A stretch of DNA of 64,000 nt from Klebsiella phage vB_KpM_FBKp24, in the sequence record MW394391.1. One strand, 5' to 3'. The number at the start of each line of letters is the position of its first letter. The stretch's first letter is position 1. The position numbers and the translations under genes are program-made. The notes beneath the pieces were generated by a model that searched no databases, had not been told where the DNA came from, and was given only the letters and a program-made list of their open reading frames with translations. Shown piece after piece: positions 9,756-19,069 of this stretch.

Positions 9756-10079
9756 TTAGTGAAATAATTCGATTAAAGGAACGGTAACAGACAGAGTTTT
9801 TTTCGGTTTATTTCTGTGGTTTCCAACGCCAAAAGCCCTTAGTTTAACGCTGTCTTCCGTGTGGAAACGAAGCGACTGTAAATCCAGTAACATTCTTTCG
9901 ACAGCCCGCTCATTAGCTCTCGACCAAGTCAGAGTCGCAACGGTCTGACCGTTAAGAAGAGTTTCAAGACAAACTTGGTAAGAGTATTCCTTTTTTATAT
10001 TTTCTTTAACTATTTGCTCAATAGCGACTATCAGCCCCTGAAAAGCAGGAACCTCTTCTAAGCGAGGAACGCGTTTCAA
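9756..10079 (-). CDS. hypothetical protein (107 aa)
   Basis: ORF in gene train. Confidence 0.45.
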   Translation of the reverse strand: MKRVPRLEEVPAFQGLIVAIEQIVKENIKKEYSYQVCLETLLNGQTVATLTWSRANERAVERMLLDLQSLRFHTEDSVKLRAFGVGNHRNKPKKTLSVTVPLIELFH

Positions 10080-10081
10080 GC

Positions 10082-10588
10082 TTAACCTCCGTAACTGTTA
10101 TCGAAACCAAAAGACGTCCCCTCGATAACGAGAATGACTTTACTTTCCGGCGGATAAATAACATCCAGCGCCGATCTGATTTCTTCGTTCACGTTAAATC
10201 TGGCTTTAATGCAACCACAGATATTTTTCATTAATTCCTTACTTTTATTTTCATTGAGCATAATTCGAACAATGAGATCGGCGTCATCGTCAATAGATGC
10301 TTGCGTCTCAATCCCATCGGTTTCCACGTTATATTCGAAGCGAACGTTGTCCGCCGAAACGTTATGAACACTAAAACCTTCTGGTACCGTATGGTATTCT
10401 ACGCCAGACGAAATTAGCGCGACAATTTTCTCGATTTCATTGCGAGAGATTTTACAAACTTCCGCCTTTAAACGCTCAATGGCTTCTTTTTCACTGTTTC
10501 GGTGTTTTTGAATAGCGTCAAGAGCCATAGGGGAAGAAACGAAACTTTTGATCACTTCTGCGATTTTTGACGGTTCAGTGGATTTCAT
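10082..10588 (-). CDS. hypothetical protein (168 aa)
   Basis: ORF downstream of promoter-like motif 10651-10676. Confidence 0.5.
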   Translation of the reverse strand: MKSTEPSKIAEVIKSFVSSPMALDAIQKHRNSEKEAIERLKAEVCKISRNEIEKIVALISSGVEYHTVPEGFSVHNVSADNVRFEYNVETDGIETQASIDDDADLIVRIMLNENKSKELMKNICGCIKARFNVNEEIRSALDVIYPPESKVILVIEGTSFGFDNSYGG

Positions 10589-10650
10589 GATATTTTTCCT
10601 TTTGTTGATTTCAGAACAATTAAAGAGTGAATGTTTTTCTACTTCATTAA

Positions 10651-10676
10651 GGTGATATAGACTTTAAATGTAATCG
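10651..10676 (-). promoter_or_regulatory. recurrent phage promoter-like motif (minus strand: CGATTACATTTAAAGTCTATATCACC)
   Basis: One of seven copies of the core CTATATCAC motif; about 70 nt upstream of gene 10082..10588, immediately after terminator 10677-10712. Confidence 0.5.
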
Positions 10677-10712
10677 AAACAAAAAATAAAAGAGGGGCAT
10701 CTGCCCCTCTTT
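10677..10712 (-). terminator. intrinsic terminator hairpin
   Basis: agaggggca-tc-tgcccctct stem-loop followed by UUUUAUUUUUU on the minus transcript. Confidence 0.7.
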
Positions 10713-10724
10713 TATAGCGTTACC

Positions 10725-12029
10725 TTAGTTCAGTTTCCTGCGCTCCTGTACGACAATCTCCCCTTCTTTCAGGTAGATTTTCTTACGCGGTTTACGCAGG
10801 GCTTTCGCCAGCGAGATGTTTTCTGAAGGCGTGACTTCGAAAGCCGGGAGTCCAGCAGCAGCGCGAGCCTCAATGGCTTCCATCGGTGTAAGCAGACGGA
10901 AATGTAATGGTTCCCCCATGTAATGACGACCATCACGCATTAACGCCGGTTCGATCTGAGTTTTGTCAGTCAGGTTAGTGGTGATGATCATTTTACGTGT
11001 AATAGCGCTTCCTACGCCATCGGTTTCGTTCAGCAGTTCAGCCATCATTTCGTTACCATGGCTACGTGGTGCGATCAGAAGATCACCGTCTTCTACGATA
11101 ATCACCGGGAATGCGGGTTCTTTCCTTTTTACCCCAATTTCTACAGTGGGAAGATTAGGTTGAGTTGCCATCTGGTCAAATATTTTACGCTCTTTAAACA
11201 AAACATCGCGGCCTGCGCCGTTAATGACCTGCGCTTTCTCCATGTAATTGTCACTGAAGTTGAAGATAGAAGAAATGAAATCTTTGTATTCGATCACTTC
11301 CTTTTTCTTCACGTAGATCGGCATGAGATTCAGCGCTGTGGCCGCAGAAGAAATAGCCGTGGATTTCCCGGTACCGGGTTCGCCCATCAGGATCAGTACT
11401 GTTTCATCGGAAGCGATAAAGTCTTCGATGAGGTTAACAATCCCACCGTCAAGGTAGGGGTAAAATGCGTTGTGAGTATGGCCAGAGTGCTGAATTTCCT
11501 TTTTCTTCAACCCCAATCCCTCACCAAACATATTTTTCTCAATGACGGTCTCGTAATAGTAACGACTGTCGTCTTTTGGCGGCTCCGTCGTGTCAAGTTT
11601 GATGTTTTCACGGACAGCCGCCCATAAGGCGTCATAGAGATCTTTTGACAGAATACCAGAGAATTGCAGTAGCGTCTTCTCCCCGCCAAGCACACGAAGA
11701 AAACCGACAGGGCGATTGTAGCGGTCCAACGCGATAAACTGGTCGTCGTCGTACTGAAAGAAACCGTGTTTTTCCAGGAATACGGAAACCCACTGTGTTT
11801 CCGAGAAGTAGTGGATAGACGCGTTTATGTAGTCGCTGGAATCAAGACCAAAAATTGGTAATTGATTGGCGGCCAGAAAGTGACGCACCATATTTTTTGG
11901 AGAGAGCTCATCATTATCGTTGCCGACCAATGCAGCGAATGCATCATAAGCCTCAGCGAATGAATCAAAAACGTCATTCAGTAATTTGTGAGAGCGAGTG
12001 AGATTTGCTACAGCATTAGAATAAGACAT
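10725..12029 (-). CDS. AAA+ ATPase with N-terminal domain of unknown function (434 aa)
   Basis: Walker A GEPGTGKS, Walker B VIIVEDGD, and LLNETDG...ITTNL...EPALMRDGR segments typical of classic or BCS1-type AAA modules. Confidence 0.8.
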   Translation of the reverse strand: MSYSNAVANLTRSHKLLNDVFDSFAEAYDAFAALVGNDNDELSPKNMVRHFLAANQLPIFGLDSSDYINASIHYFSETQWVSVFLEKHGFFQYDDDQFIALDRYNRPVGFLRVLGGEKTLLQFSGILSKDLYDALWAAVRENIKLDTTEPPKDDSRYYYETVIEKNMFGEGLGLKKKEIQHSGHTHNAFYPYLDGGIVNLIEDFIASDETVLILMGEPGTGKSTAISSAATALNLMPIYVKKKEVIEYKDFISSIFNFSDNYMEKAQVINGAGRDVLFKERKIFDQMATQPNLPTVEIGVKRKEPAFPVIIVEDGDLLIAPRSHGNEMMAELLNETDGVGSAITRKMIITTNLTDKTQIEPALMRDGRHYMGEPLHFRLLTPMEAIEARAAAGLPAFEVTPSENISLAKALRKPRKKIYLKEGEIVVQERRKLN

Positions 12030-12083
12030 TTCGATTCCTCATTAAGTTAGTGAAAAATGAACTTTATGTTCGTTGTATCAATG

Positions 12084-12110
12084 CAGTGATATATAAGCAA
12101 AAATATTTTC
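12084..12110 (-). promoter_or_regulatory. recurrent promoter-like motif variant (minus: TTTTGCTTATATATCACTG)
   Basis: About 60 nt upstream of the AAA+ ATPase gene start (12029), just after terminator 12105-12141. Confidence 0.4.
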
Positions 12111-12141
12111 AAAATATAAGATGGAGAGGCAACGCCTCTCC
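12105..12141 (-). terminator. intrinsic terminator hairpin
   Basis: ggagaggc-aac-gcctctcc stem-loop followed by a U/A-rich tract on the minus transcript. Confidence 0.55.
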
Positions 12142-12146
12142 ATCGA

Positions 12147-12497
12147 TCAGTGAAAATATTGATAAGACCAAAACCCCAACCATACTGAGGCCATCACCAA
12201 AGTAAAAACATTTAGCATTACGCCAAGCATAGTTGCAAAAGTATTTTTCTGGTAATGACGACGGCGTATTAAGTACCCGGGGTAATAGAGCACCCAAAAG
12301 AAACTCGGCGAGTTACCAGTTTTATTCCCTAAAACAAATTTATCCATCGCTATCAGATAAGTCATCCAGAAGAAATAAATGACAGACATCAACCAAAGCG
12401 AATTAAACGGCCAAAAGGTAACGATGGGATGATAGGCCCAGAGAAAATAATAACCGAAGGTGAGCAGGTAGCCGAGCAGGAAAAAGAAATTCTTCAT
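12147..12497 (-). CDS. multi-pass membrane protein (about 116 aa from Met MKNFFFLLGYLL)
   Basis: Several hydrophobic helices; track ORF 12147..12623 is probably N-terminally over-extended into the neighbouring gene. Confidence 0.5.
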   Translation of the reverse strand: MKNFFFLLGYLLTFGYYFLWAYHPIVTFWPFNSLWLMSVIYFFWMTYLIAMDKFVLGNKTGNSPSFFWVLYYPGYLIRRRHYQKNTFATMLGVMLNVFTLVMASVWLGFWSYQYFH

Positions 12498-12961
12498 TGC
12501 AGGCACTGCGTAGAAAAACCGCGAAGGAAGCGAAAGATATCTTCCCGGGATTTCAGATCGGTTAACTCTTGCCATGGCGCTTCTTTCCAGAACTGAACTG
12601 AAAGCGAGTAGCGATTGATGCAACCCGCGTAACTGTCAACGTAAACGTTTAAACGGATAGCGAAGATACTGGAGAGTCGCGGAGTTTTGATTGGTAAACG
12701 AATGACAAAATTAGCGTAGGTGCCGCTGATCGACTCGAGAAAAGTTTCCGAGAAAAATTCCAGCTTCGGAAAATAATGCGGGTCGATATAAGGAGCTTTC
12801 AGAATATTGTTGCCGCCGCCCAACCAGTTTGCGGTATCTTTCAGGGACCGCAAGAACAGTTGTTTATTCCGTTCAGGAAAATCAGGGCGGTCCAATTTAA
12901 CGAACCCTAATAATTCTTTACCAAGAACAACTTTTGTATCAAATTTCATTATTTTCTCCAA
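12494..12961 (-). CDS. hypothetical protein (155 aa)
   Basis: ORF in gene train. Confidence 0.5.
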   Translation of the reverse strand: MEKIMKFDTKVVLGKELLGFVKLDRPDFPERNKQLFLRSLKDTANWLGGGNNILKAPYIDPHYFPKLEFFSETFLESISGTYANFVIRLPIKTPRLSSIFAIRLNVYVDSYAGCINRYSLSVQFWKEAPWQELTDLKSREDIFRFLRGFSTQCLQ

Positions 12962-13257
12962 ATTAAGGGAATTGTAAACCTAGAAGGGATTTTGCGATGT
13001 TTGAGTTTAGCTTTGGCTTTACCTGAGCAAATTACCTCTAGCTCAAAACTTTCAGGTAAGAGAAGGTCCATTCGTTTAACTTTCTCGACTAGACCTTTCA
13101 CTGAGACCGGATCGCATGAAGCAATGACTCCCCCACCAATGGCCCTGTTATCTAGCAATAAATTACTTTGTAGTTTGATAGGGTCTAAAATACTCTGTAC
13201 ATCTATTACCCATTTTTCAAGGCCGGGTATTTCATGATAGTTGGGGAGCGTTTTCAT
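12949..13257 (-). CDS. hypothetical protein (102 aa)
   Basis: ORF in gene train. Confidence 0.45.
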   Translation of the reverse strand: MKTLPNYHEIPGLEKWVIDVQSILDPIKLQSNLLLDNRAIGGGVIASCDPVSVKGLVEKVKRMDLLLPESFELEVICSGKAKAKLKHRKIPSRFTIPLIWRK

Positions 13258-13260
13258 TTT

Positions 13261-14952
13261 TTATTCCTTTGGTTTTTTACCGGTGATGCGCAATGTGACA
13301 GGTTGCCAAATACCGCGTTCGGTGGCAGCGTGTTCTGCGCGTTGTAGAATAGCCGCTGTATCTGGCCATTCTGTAATAACAGGAAGAACTTCTTTGAGAG
13401 GGATGTCCATTTTCAGTTCATCTCCCTCAAACCACGCTTCACTGTTATCCGCTAACCATTCCGAATTATCAATGGTAACAGCGATTTTTTGATCCGCTTT
13501 TCGAGCAAGGTTATCCACGAGGATGTCGGCATATCCGGTAAGGAGTTCGCGGTTTTTCACCGACTCTTCGGAACTGAAAACTCGCCCAGAATGAATCGAC
13601 CAGAACTCCGCGCCAAAGTGGGCGTATCCGCTAACCTTACGCTCTCCTTTGAGGCCGGACGAACCAAAGAAGCGAATAGCCGGGGAACTTAAAAAAGCTC
13701 GCCAGCGCATTGCATCGCGTAAAAGGTCGGTAGAAAGCGGCTTTAATTTAAAACCATCGGGGTCTTTAACATACTCGCCATCTAACGTCTGGCGGAAGTA
13801 TTCGATGTCTTGTTCGGTTAAAGGTCTGAGAGTTACTGCGCCGCCGCCGTTCTTCAGATCAACGACAAGTTTACCATCTTCCTTAGAGAGGGCTCCGGTT
13901 CCTGGATCAAACCCATAAATTACCGGCGCAGGAGAATTGTCTTTCTCCGCCCGCAAAGCACGATTTTCCGATTGCTTTTGAGTCAACCGGTCATCCGTTG
14001 CTTCTTTCTCCAGCTCTGCCAAAGACTCTCTAGCTTGTCGTTGACGGGCCAACTCTTCACGGATAAACCCCTGAAGTTCCTCTGACGTTTCTGTTAGCGA
14101 GATAACGTAGTGATCGTTCTTACTGGGGGTATCCTTCAGATAAAATCCTAGCGGGTTATTAAATTCGTTATGAAAAATAACCGATATGGTGTCACCAACA
14201 GATTTAACACTGATTTCCTTAATCGGTCCGTAATAATCCTGACCGTTCAGCGTTTCATAAAGCGACCGAATTTCATCCTCAATATCTTCATTGAGTTGTG
14301 CTTTAGGGTAAGGAGCAGTCATTCCCGGCTCCATTATTCCCCAGTCCCACTCTACGATCTCTTTTATTTCCCGAGGTACTCTATTGGACAAGTTGTTCTG
14401 TAACGATCTGATTGATTCTTCAGTCGCCAAAATAACATGGTCGCTACCGGGGAGGATTACCCCTGCGCGACCTTCTAAACCCAGGTAATCTTTTACCAGT
14501 CTACGTGTGTCGAGGGTAAATGAATTTGGCCCGCATTCGATAATCGGGTTAAAACCCACAGCGCTGATCTTTCTGCGAAGGTCAGCGAGTTCCTGGGCCA
14601 TCCGGCGTACTTCGTACATGAAAACAGTACACCCTTCCGGTTGAGTGGGAAGTGTTTGGTAGTATTCAATACGGCTCAGGGGGAGTTGGTCTTGTTTGTC
14701 CATTTCAACCTCAGTGAGTTTGTCTAATAATGCGATTTCGTTGTAAGCACCAAATACAGTCTCAAGACCATATTTGAACTCATGAATTTGGTCGATAGGT
14801 AGTTTGCCGTAAAAGATATAATCGATATCGTTTTTCGGTTCGCAGATAATCCCACCTAACGCCTCAATGCGTTTAGCGTATTGCTCACGGGTAAAACGAC
14901 TAAACTCACCGACGAGCGCAATGTTCATCTTCTCTAAGCTTTCACCTGACAT
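13261..14952 (-). CDS. BRCT-like N-terminal domain protein (563 aa); C-terminal half has ligase-like KEDG and LDGE motifs
   Basis: N-terminus IALVGEFSRFTREQYAKRIEALGGII...DYIFYGK aligns with the LigA-type BRCT pattern; KEDGKL then QTLDGEYV 28 aa later resemble nucleotidyltransferase motifs I and III; start 2 nt after the rtcB stop, with AAGGGG ribosome-binding site. Confidence 0.6.
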   Translation of the reverse strand: MSGESLEKMNIALVGEFSRFTREQYAKRIEALGGIICEPKNDIDYIFYGKLPIDQIHEFKYGLETVFGAYNEIALLDKLTEVEMDKQDQLPLSRIEYYQTLPTQPEGCTVFMYEVRRMAQELADLRRKISAVGFNPIIECGPNSFTLDTRRLVKDYLGLEGRAGVILPGSDHVILATEESIRSLQNNLSNRVPREIKEIVEWDWGIMEPGMTAPYPKAQLNEDIEDEIRSLYETLNGQDYYGPIKEISVKSVGDTISVIFHNEFNNPLGFYLKDTPSKNDHYVISLTETSEELQGFIREELARQRQARESLAELEKEATDDRLTQKQSENRALRAEKDNSPAPVIYGFDPGTGALSKEDGKLVVDLKNGGGAVTLRPLTEQDIEYFRQTLDGEYVKDPDGFKLKPLSTDLLRDAMRWRAFLSSPAIRFFGSSGLKGERKVSGYAHFGAEFWSIHSGRVFSSEESVKNRELLTGYADILVDNLARKADQKIAVTIDNSEWLADNSEAWFEGDELKMDIPLKEVLPVITEWPDTAAILQRAEHAATERGIWQPVTLRITGKKPKE

Positions 14953-14954
14953 TT

Positions 14955-16199
14955 TTACCCCTTCACGCAGACTATTTGTTTCAACGTAAAAAGAACTTCC
15001 ACGAGATCGTCTTGCGAACGCATTACATCGTCAATGTTCTTATACGCTTTTGGTGTTTCATCGATGACATCTTTGTCTTTGCGGCATTCGACGCCTTCAG
15101 TGTCACGTATTTGATCTTCTACTGTGAAGACACGTTTTGCTTCTCCACGGGACATCAGACGACCGGCGCCATGGGAACACGAGCAGAATGATTCTGAATT
15201 CCCTTTCCCGCGTACCACAAATGTTTTTGCACCCATCGACCCGGGAATAATAGCGAGATCGGTTGTCCTGGCTCTGACCGCCCCTTTACGGGTAACAAGG
15301 ACGTTTTGATCAAAGTGATTTTCCAGCGCAACGTAGTTATGATGACAATTGATGGCGGTCACTTTATTCTCGAAGGGTTTTTGTAAAACCTTATGCAGCG
15401 CAATCAGTGTTGCATTGAGCATAATGGCGCGGTTTACAGCCGCGAAGTCCTGTGCCCATTGCACAGCTTCTAGGTAGTCTTTGTAGTAGACCGACCCTTC
15501 CGGTAAATAAGCCAGGTCGTCATCAACTAAATGGATAAAGAAACGCGCCATTTCTTCCTTTGCTTTCTCAATGAAGAAACGACCAATTGCGTTACCTATA
15601 CCGCGAGAACCGGAATGAATTACTATCCAAAGTGAGTCATTCTGGTCGAGTGATAATTCAACAAAATGATTGCCGCTACCCAACGTTCCTGCGTGTGAAG
15701 CAAAACGGTTCGCGTTACGTAACAGAGTAGGGTATTTATCAGTGATGAACTTCAAGCGATTCTCTAATGAGACTAACTCGGCTTTAAGCTGTAGCGTTAA
15801 GTTTTGAGGGTCATTATTACCCCACGCTCCCCGGTCGTTCGGCCCACCGTTATCGGTACGGCCATGGGGGATGAGTTGTTCAATCGCGCTACGAATACCG
15901 GAAAGATCTGTTGGTAAGTCCTCGCGTTTTAACGATGTCTGTTGACCCACCAACCCGCAACCAATGTCAACACCAAGCGCAGCAGGAATAATGGCCCCCT
16001 TTGTTGCAATGACAGAACCTATTGTCGCACCCATCCCCCAGTGGACATCGGGCATGACTGCGATATGCTTGAAGATAAACGGTAAGGTAGTGAGGTTATG
16101 AAGTTGTTTTTCTGCCTGCTCTTCCACTGGGACAAATTTTGTCCAAGATTTAATGTTGACTTTGTCACCTTTAATAAAAACAATATTTGAATCTGACAT
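14955..16199 (-). CDS. rtcB: RNA-splicing ligase RtcB (3'-phosphate/5'-OH RNA ligase)
   Basis: Hallmark RtcB motifs: HWGMGATIGSV, GSGNHFVEL, HSGSRGIGN, NCHHNYV, CSHGAGR. Confidence 0.95.
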   Translation of the reverse strand: MSDSNIVFIKGDKVNIKSWTKFVPVEEQAEKQLHNLTTLPFIFKHIAVMPDVHWGMGATIGSVIATKGAIIPAALGVDIGCGLVGQQTSLKREDLPTDLSGIRSAIEQLIPHGRTDNGGPNDRGAWGNNDPQNLTLQLKAELVSLENRLKFITDKYPTLLRNANRFASHAGTLGSGNHFVELSLDQNDSLWIVIHSGSRGIGNAIGRFFIEKAKEEMARFFIHLVDDDLAYLPEGSVYYKDYLEAVQWAQDFAAVNRAIMLNATLIALHKVLQKPFENKVTAINCHHNYVALENHFDQNVLVTRKGAVRARTTDLAIIPGSMGAKTFVVRGKGNSESFCSCSHGAGRLMSRGEAKRVFTVEDQIRDTEGVECRKDKDVIDETPKAYKNIDDVMRSQDDLVEVLFTLKQIVCVKG

Positions 16200-16213
16200 T
16201 TTTATTTCCTCAG

Positions 16214-16933
16214 TTATTTAACCATGTTACGGCATTGTTCCAGAGTGAAACCTTTCTCCATGAGATCGGCCACCATGATTTCATGTTGCATTTTATACTG
16301 CTCAAACAACACTTTTATCTCAACAACAGTACCCGCGCTGTCTACTAGTTTAACCGTGAAAGATTCTTCGTTGACGGCGTACGTATTGGTTACAAAGAAC
16401 TCCTGTAACGCTTTTAAAATCAACCCCATTAGAAAGAAGTTGGGTAAATCCAGAAACAGATCGTGATACTCCGTAAGTCCCTTGCCCCAACGATAATAAA
16501 TATCAAGGACATCTACGTTTGGCCCAGAAAAAGATATCGGACCACCTTCGTTTTTCTTTATCGTGATCACGTTCTGTTTAAGTATAACCTCCTTAAAGAA
16601 AATCTCATTAAACAAAGCGCGGTCGTAATGGTAGGGAAGAATTTTAATTTGGAAGCAGGATTCCAAATCCTCTCCGGGTAATTCGTTGACCATAGGGTAC
16701 ATGGCACGTTCCCAGTAACTATTTTTATCGTCACCTACTTCTTTTACGGTGTCGAGATAGGAAAGCCAACCCCGTAGAATGGAGTCAAACACGGGATTAG
16801 CGAAGAAGTCGGGGACAGTTGTTACTATCTTCTCCAACCTGTCAAGGAACGCCCCAGTCATCTCAAGTGGGTCAGTGTGTTCTCGATTCTCGTCCGGATC
16901 AACATCTGTTTGCGCTAATAAATTAAAGTCCAT
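16214..16933 (-). CDS. hypothetical protein (239 aa)
   Basis: ORF directly upstream of rtcB in the same transcription unit. Confidence 0.5.
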   Translation of the reverse strand: MDFNLLAQTDVDPDENREHTDPLEMTGAFLDRLEKIVTTVPDFFANPVFDSILRGWLSYLDTVKEVGDDKNSYWERAMYPMVNELPGEDLESCFQIKILPYHYDRALFNEIFFKEVILKQNVITIKKNEGGPISFSGPNVDVLDIYYRWGKGLTEYHDLFLDLPNFFLMGLILKALQEFFVTNTYAVNEESFTVKLVDSAGTVVEIKVLFEQYKMQHEIMVADLMEKGFTLEQCRNMVK

Positions 16934-16951
16934 CCCTTCCGCCTTTTTTAA

Positions 16952-17515
16952 TTAGAACCAATCCTCAATGACCCTTTCCAGGTCACCTACGCTACTACTC
17001 AACCATTTCGTTTCGTCCGTCCATTCTGTCCAAGGTTGAACTTCGTCTAACAAAGAACAACCTTTACGCACTTTGATAACGGAAAGATCGAGATTAAAAA
17101 CAATCTCGTGTTGAGTCAGTTGCAAATAGAAGATCCCCGTCTGTGATTCTTCATCCCAGTAGGTCCCGCTGGAGTAGGGTAAGGTAGAGCCCTCTTCATT
17201 TTTTCCTTGAACCCCTTCATCCCAAAATCGTTTTACCCATGGACCAGTTTCATCGAGATCTCTTTCAGCTCTGTCAGAAAAATCGATAAAGGTAAACTGC
17301 CACCGAGAAATGAGTTTTTTCATTTTCTCAACGAGGACTTTTCGGGTCAGGGGCTCTTCTGCAAATGTAGGCGAATTAAAGAGTGGTTCTTCTTTCCGTT
17401 CCATTTGCTCACGAATTTTCCCAGTGAGATCCCAGCGCTCGGTATGCTCCGCCAATTCACTTAGAATCTCGTCCACTACTTCACGAGTGAGTACAACCAC
17501 TTTATCGTTAAACAT
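16952..17515 (-). CDS. hypothetical protein (187 aa)
   Basis: ORF in gene train. Confidence 0.5.
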   Translation of the reverse strand: MFNDKVVVLTREVVDEILSELAEHTERWDLTGKIREQMERKEEPLFNSPTFAEEPLTRKVLVEKMKKLISRWQFTFIDFSDRAERDLDETGPWVKRFWDEGVQGKNEEGSTLPYSSGTYWDEESQTGIFYLQLTQHEIVFNLDLSVIKVRKGCSLLDEVQPWTEWTDETKWLSSSVGDLERVIEDWF

Positions 17516-17517
17516 CT

Positions 17518-17820
17518 TTAGAGCACCTTATTAATCAAATACAGTTTCACCCGGACAATAACTTCATGACAATAGTCGTTATCAGAGATCGCTTCTAAAG
17601 CAGAACATTCGATAGCAGTAAGAATCCTTCTTGGTTGCCACCCGCCTGCCAGCGCCGCATCAATGAATCCCGTCCAATCAATAGTGAATCCTGCGTTAAA
17701 TATTTTACCTACTGCGATATCTAACGGCAAACCGTGAGTAGCCACCAGGAAGAACAATTTATCTCCCGAGAACAAATTATTTTTCATTTCGCAATTTCCC
17801 TCCGATTGCATCGATTTCAT
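17518..17820 (-). CDS. hypothetical protein (about 90-100 aa)
   Basis: ORF; weak resemblance (THGLPLDIAVGKI...GFTIDW) to an alanyl-tRNA-synthetase segment, unverified. Confidence 0.4.
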   Translation of the reverse strand: MKSMQSEGNCEMKNNLFSGDKLFFLVATHGLPLDIAVGKIFNAGFTIDWTGFIDAALAGGWQPRRILTAIECSALEAISDNDYCHEVIVRVKLYLINKVL

Positions 17821-18304
17821 CCATCAAGGGCTTCAGTGCATAAAGGCCCTCAATCGCTTCTAACGAATGATCTGCCCGTAACCGAGACACACTCTCACGA
17901 TGACGTTCAAACCACTCAGCGTCCGTTTCAGGGACTTCTAAGATCTCCCACCAACGTGCGGTAGATTTCTTTTTCCGACCGAACCGTTTCCCTTCGCGAA
18001 GCTCTACTTCTTGAATAACAAAACGACCTCTCCCGGTGACTACTTCCTCGAGGTCACTGATGGGTGAATATTCTTCGGTGACGTTACCTGCCCACATCTC
18101 CTTGAAATTGATTTCCCAACGGCATCGACTGCCCCAAGCAAAATAAATCCCAGTAGTTTCGATTAAAATAACTTTGCCATTTTCAGAGGTAAATGATGCC
18201 GCCGGGGAAACGCCTCGCCGGAACCAAGTGCGGCTACCAATGATTAACATTTTACCGTGTTCACTGGAGACAAACGAGGCTAAGATCATTATTTTATTCT
18301 CCAC
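17777..18304 (-). CDS. hypothetical protein (175 aa)
   Basis: ORF in gene train; overlaps the 5' extension of the downstream ORF. Confidence 0.45.
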   Translation of the reverse strand: MENKIMILASFVSSEHGKMLIIGSRTWFRRGVSPAASFTSENGKVILIETTGIYFAWGSRCRWEINFKEMWAGNVTEEYSPISDLEEVVTGRGRFVIQEVELREGKRFGRKKKSTARWWEILEVPETDAEWFERHRESVSRLRADHSLEAIEGLYALKPLMDEIDAIGGKLRNEK

Positions 18305-18723
18305 ATTCTGCGGGCTATACGTCGCTCTGCCGGACTCGTTGGCTCATGACTGCCAGTATTGTAAACGTCGAATAAATAATCACCTGTACCTTCTTCTATT
18401 AAAATCTTTCTTCCTGAGCGAAAAAATTCTGCGCGAGATTTTCGCTCATGGTCGTAAACACTTTCTATTTCCTCTACCGAGACACCAAAAACCGCACCCA
18501 GTTCTTCTAAACGCAAACCGGAGGAAATTGCTTTTTCAATGTCGACCCCGATGAGCCTCTCCGAAATTTCGAAGCGCTCCTGTCTGTGCCGGTCCATCAT
18601 TTCATGTTGCGCCTTAACAAGTCGACCTAAACTACTGTCCCAAAAATCGTCGTAGTTTGACATTTTATTCTCCGGTATCCATTGCGCCTTGGATGAGATT
18701 ATCGAGTTCCACAAATTCTTCAA
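18289..18723 (-). CDS. helix-turn-helix protein with sigma-70 region-4-like segment (144 aa)
   Basis: ERFEISERLIGVD...LRLEELGAVFGVSVEEIESV resembles sigma-70 region 4. Confidence 0.4.
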   Translation of the reverse strand: MKNLWNSIISSKAQWIPENKMSNYDDFWDSSLGRLVKAQHEMMDRHRQERFEISERLIGVDIEKAISSGLRLEELGAVFGVSVEEIESVYDHERKSRAEFFRSGRKILIEEGTGDYLFDVYNTGSHEPTSPAERRIARRMWRIK

Positions 18724-19069
18724 ATGTGGTATTTAAGTCCATAGACCCTGACATTTGGTAGTTACGGAAATTATGATACCGCTGCTCTTGATCGGTAAGA
18801 GGAGTGTATTCACCTCTCCCCTTTTTAATTTCCATTTTATAAATTTTTCGGCGATTAAGGCTCGTCAAAATACTGTCTTGAAGAGCAGTCAGACGTTGGA
18901 TGGTGATGGTTTTATCTGTTACCCGAAGCCGTGTGTCTTGTAAAGAAGATAAATTGTCACCGTTCGGCGTCACGATAATTAAATTAGGACGAGAGGCACA
19001 AAACTCACGGATTCTTTTCAGGAGACTTGTCAAAGACTCATCATTCATTTTGTTTTCCTCAGGTGCCAT
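18665..19069 (-). CDS. hypothetical protein (134 aa)
   Basis: ORF in gene train. Confidence 0.45.
   Translation of the reverse strand: MAPEENKMNDESLTSLLKRIREFCASRPNLIIVTPNGDNLSSLQDTRLRVTDKTITIQRLTALQDSILTSLNRRKIYKMEIKKGRGEYTPLTDQEQRYHNFRNYQMSGSMDLNTTFEEFVELDNLIQGAMDTGE

Noticed and set aside
13261-14952. Calling the 563-aa protein an RNA/DNA ligase outright
   Set aside because: A K-x-D-G tetrapeptide has a non-trivial chance of occurring in 563 residues, and motifs IV and V could not be identified by eye. It is kept as a hypothesis in the findings rather than an annotation.
17518-17820. Alanyl-tRNA-synthetase-like fragment annotation for the 100-aa ORF
   Set aside because: Only a short THGLPLD...GFTIDW resemblance supports it, which is too weak. 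It is reported as hypothetical.
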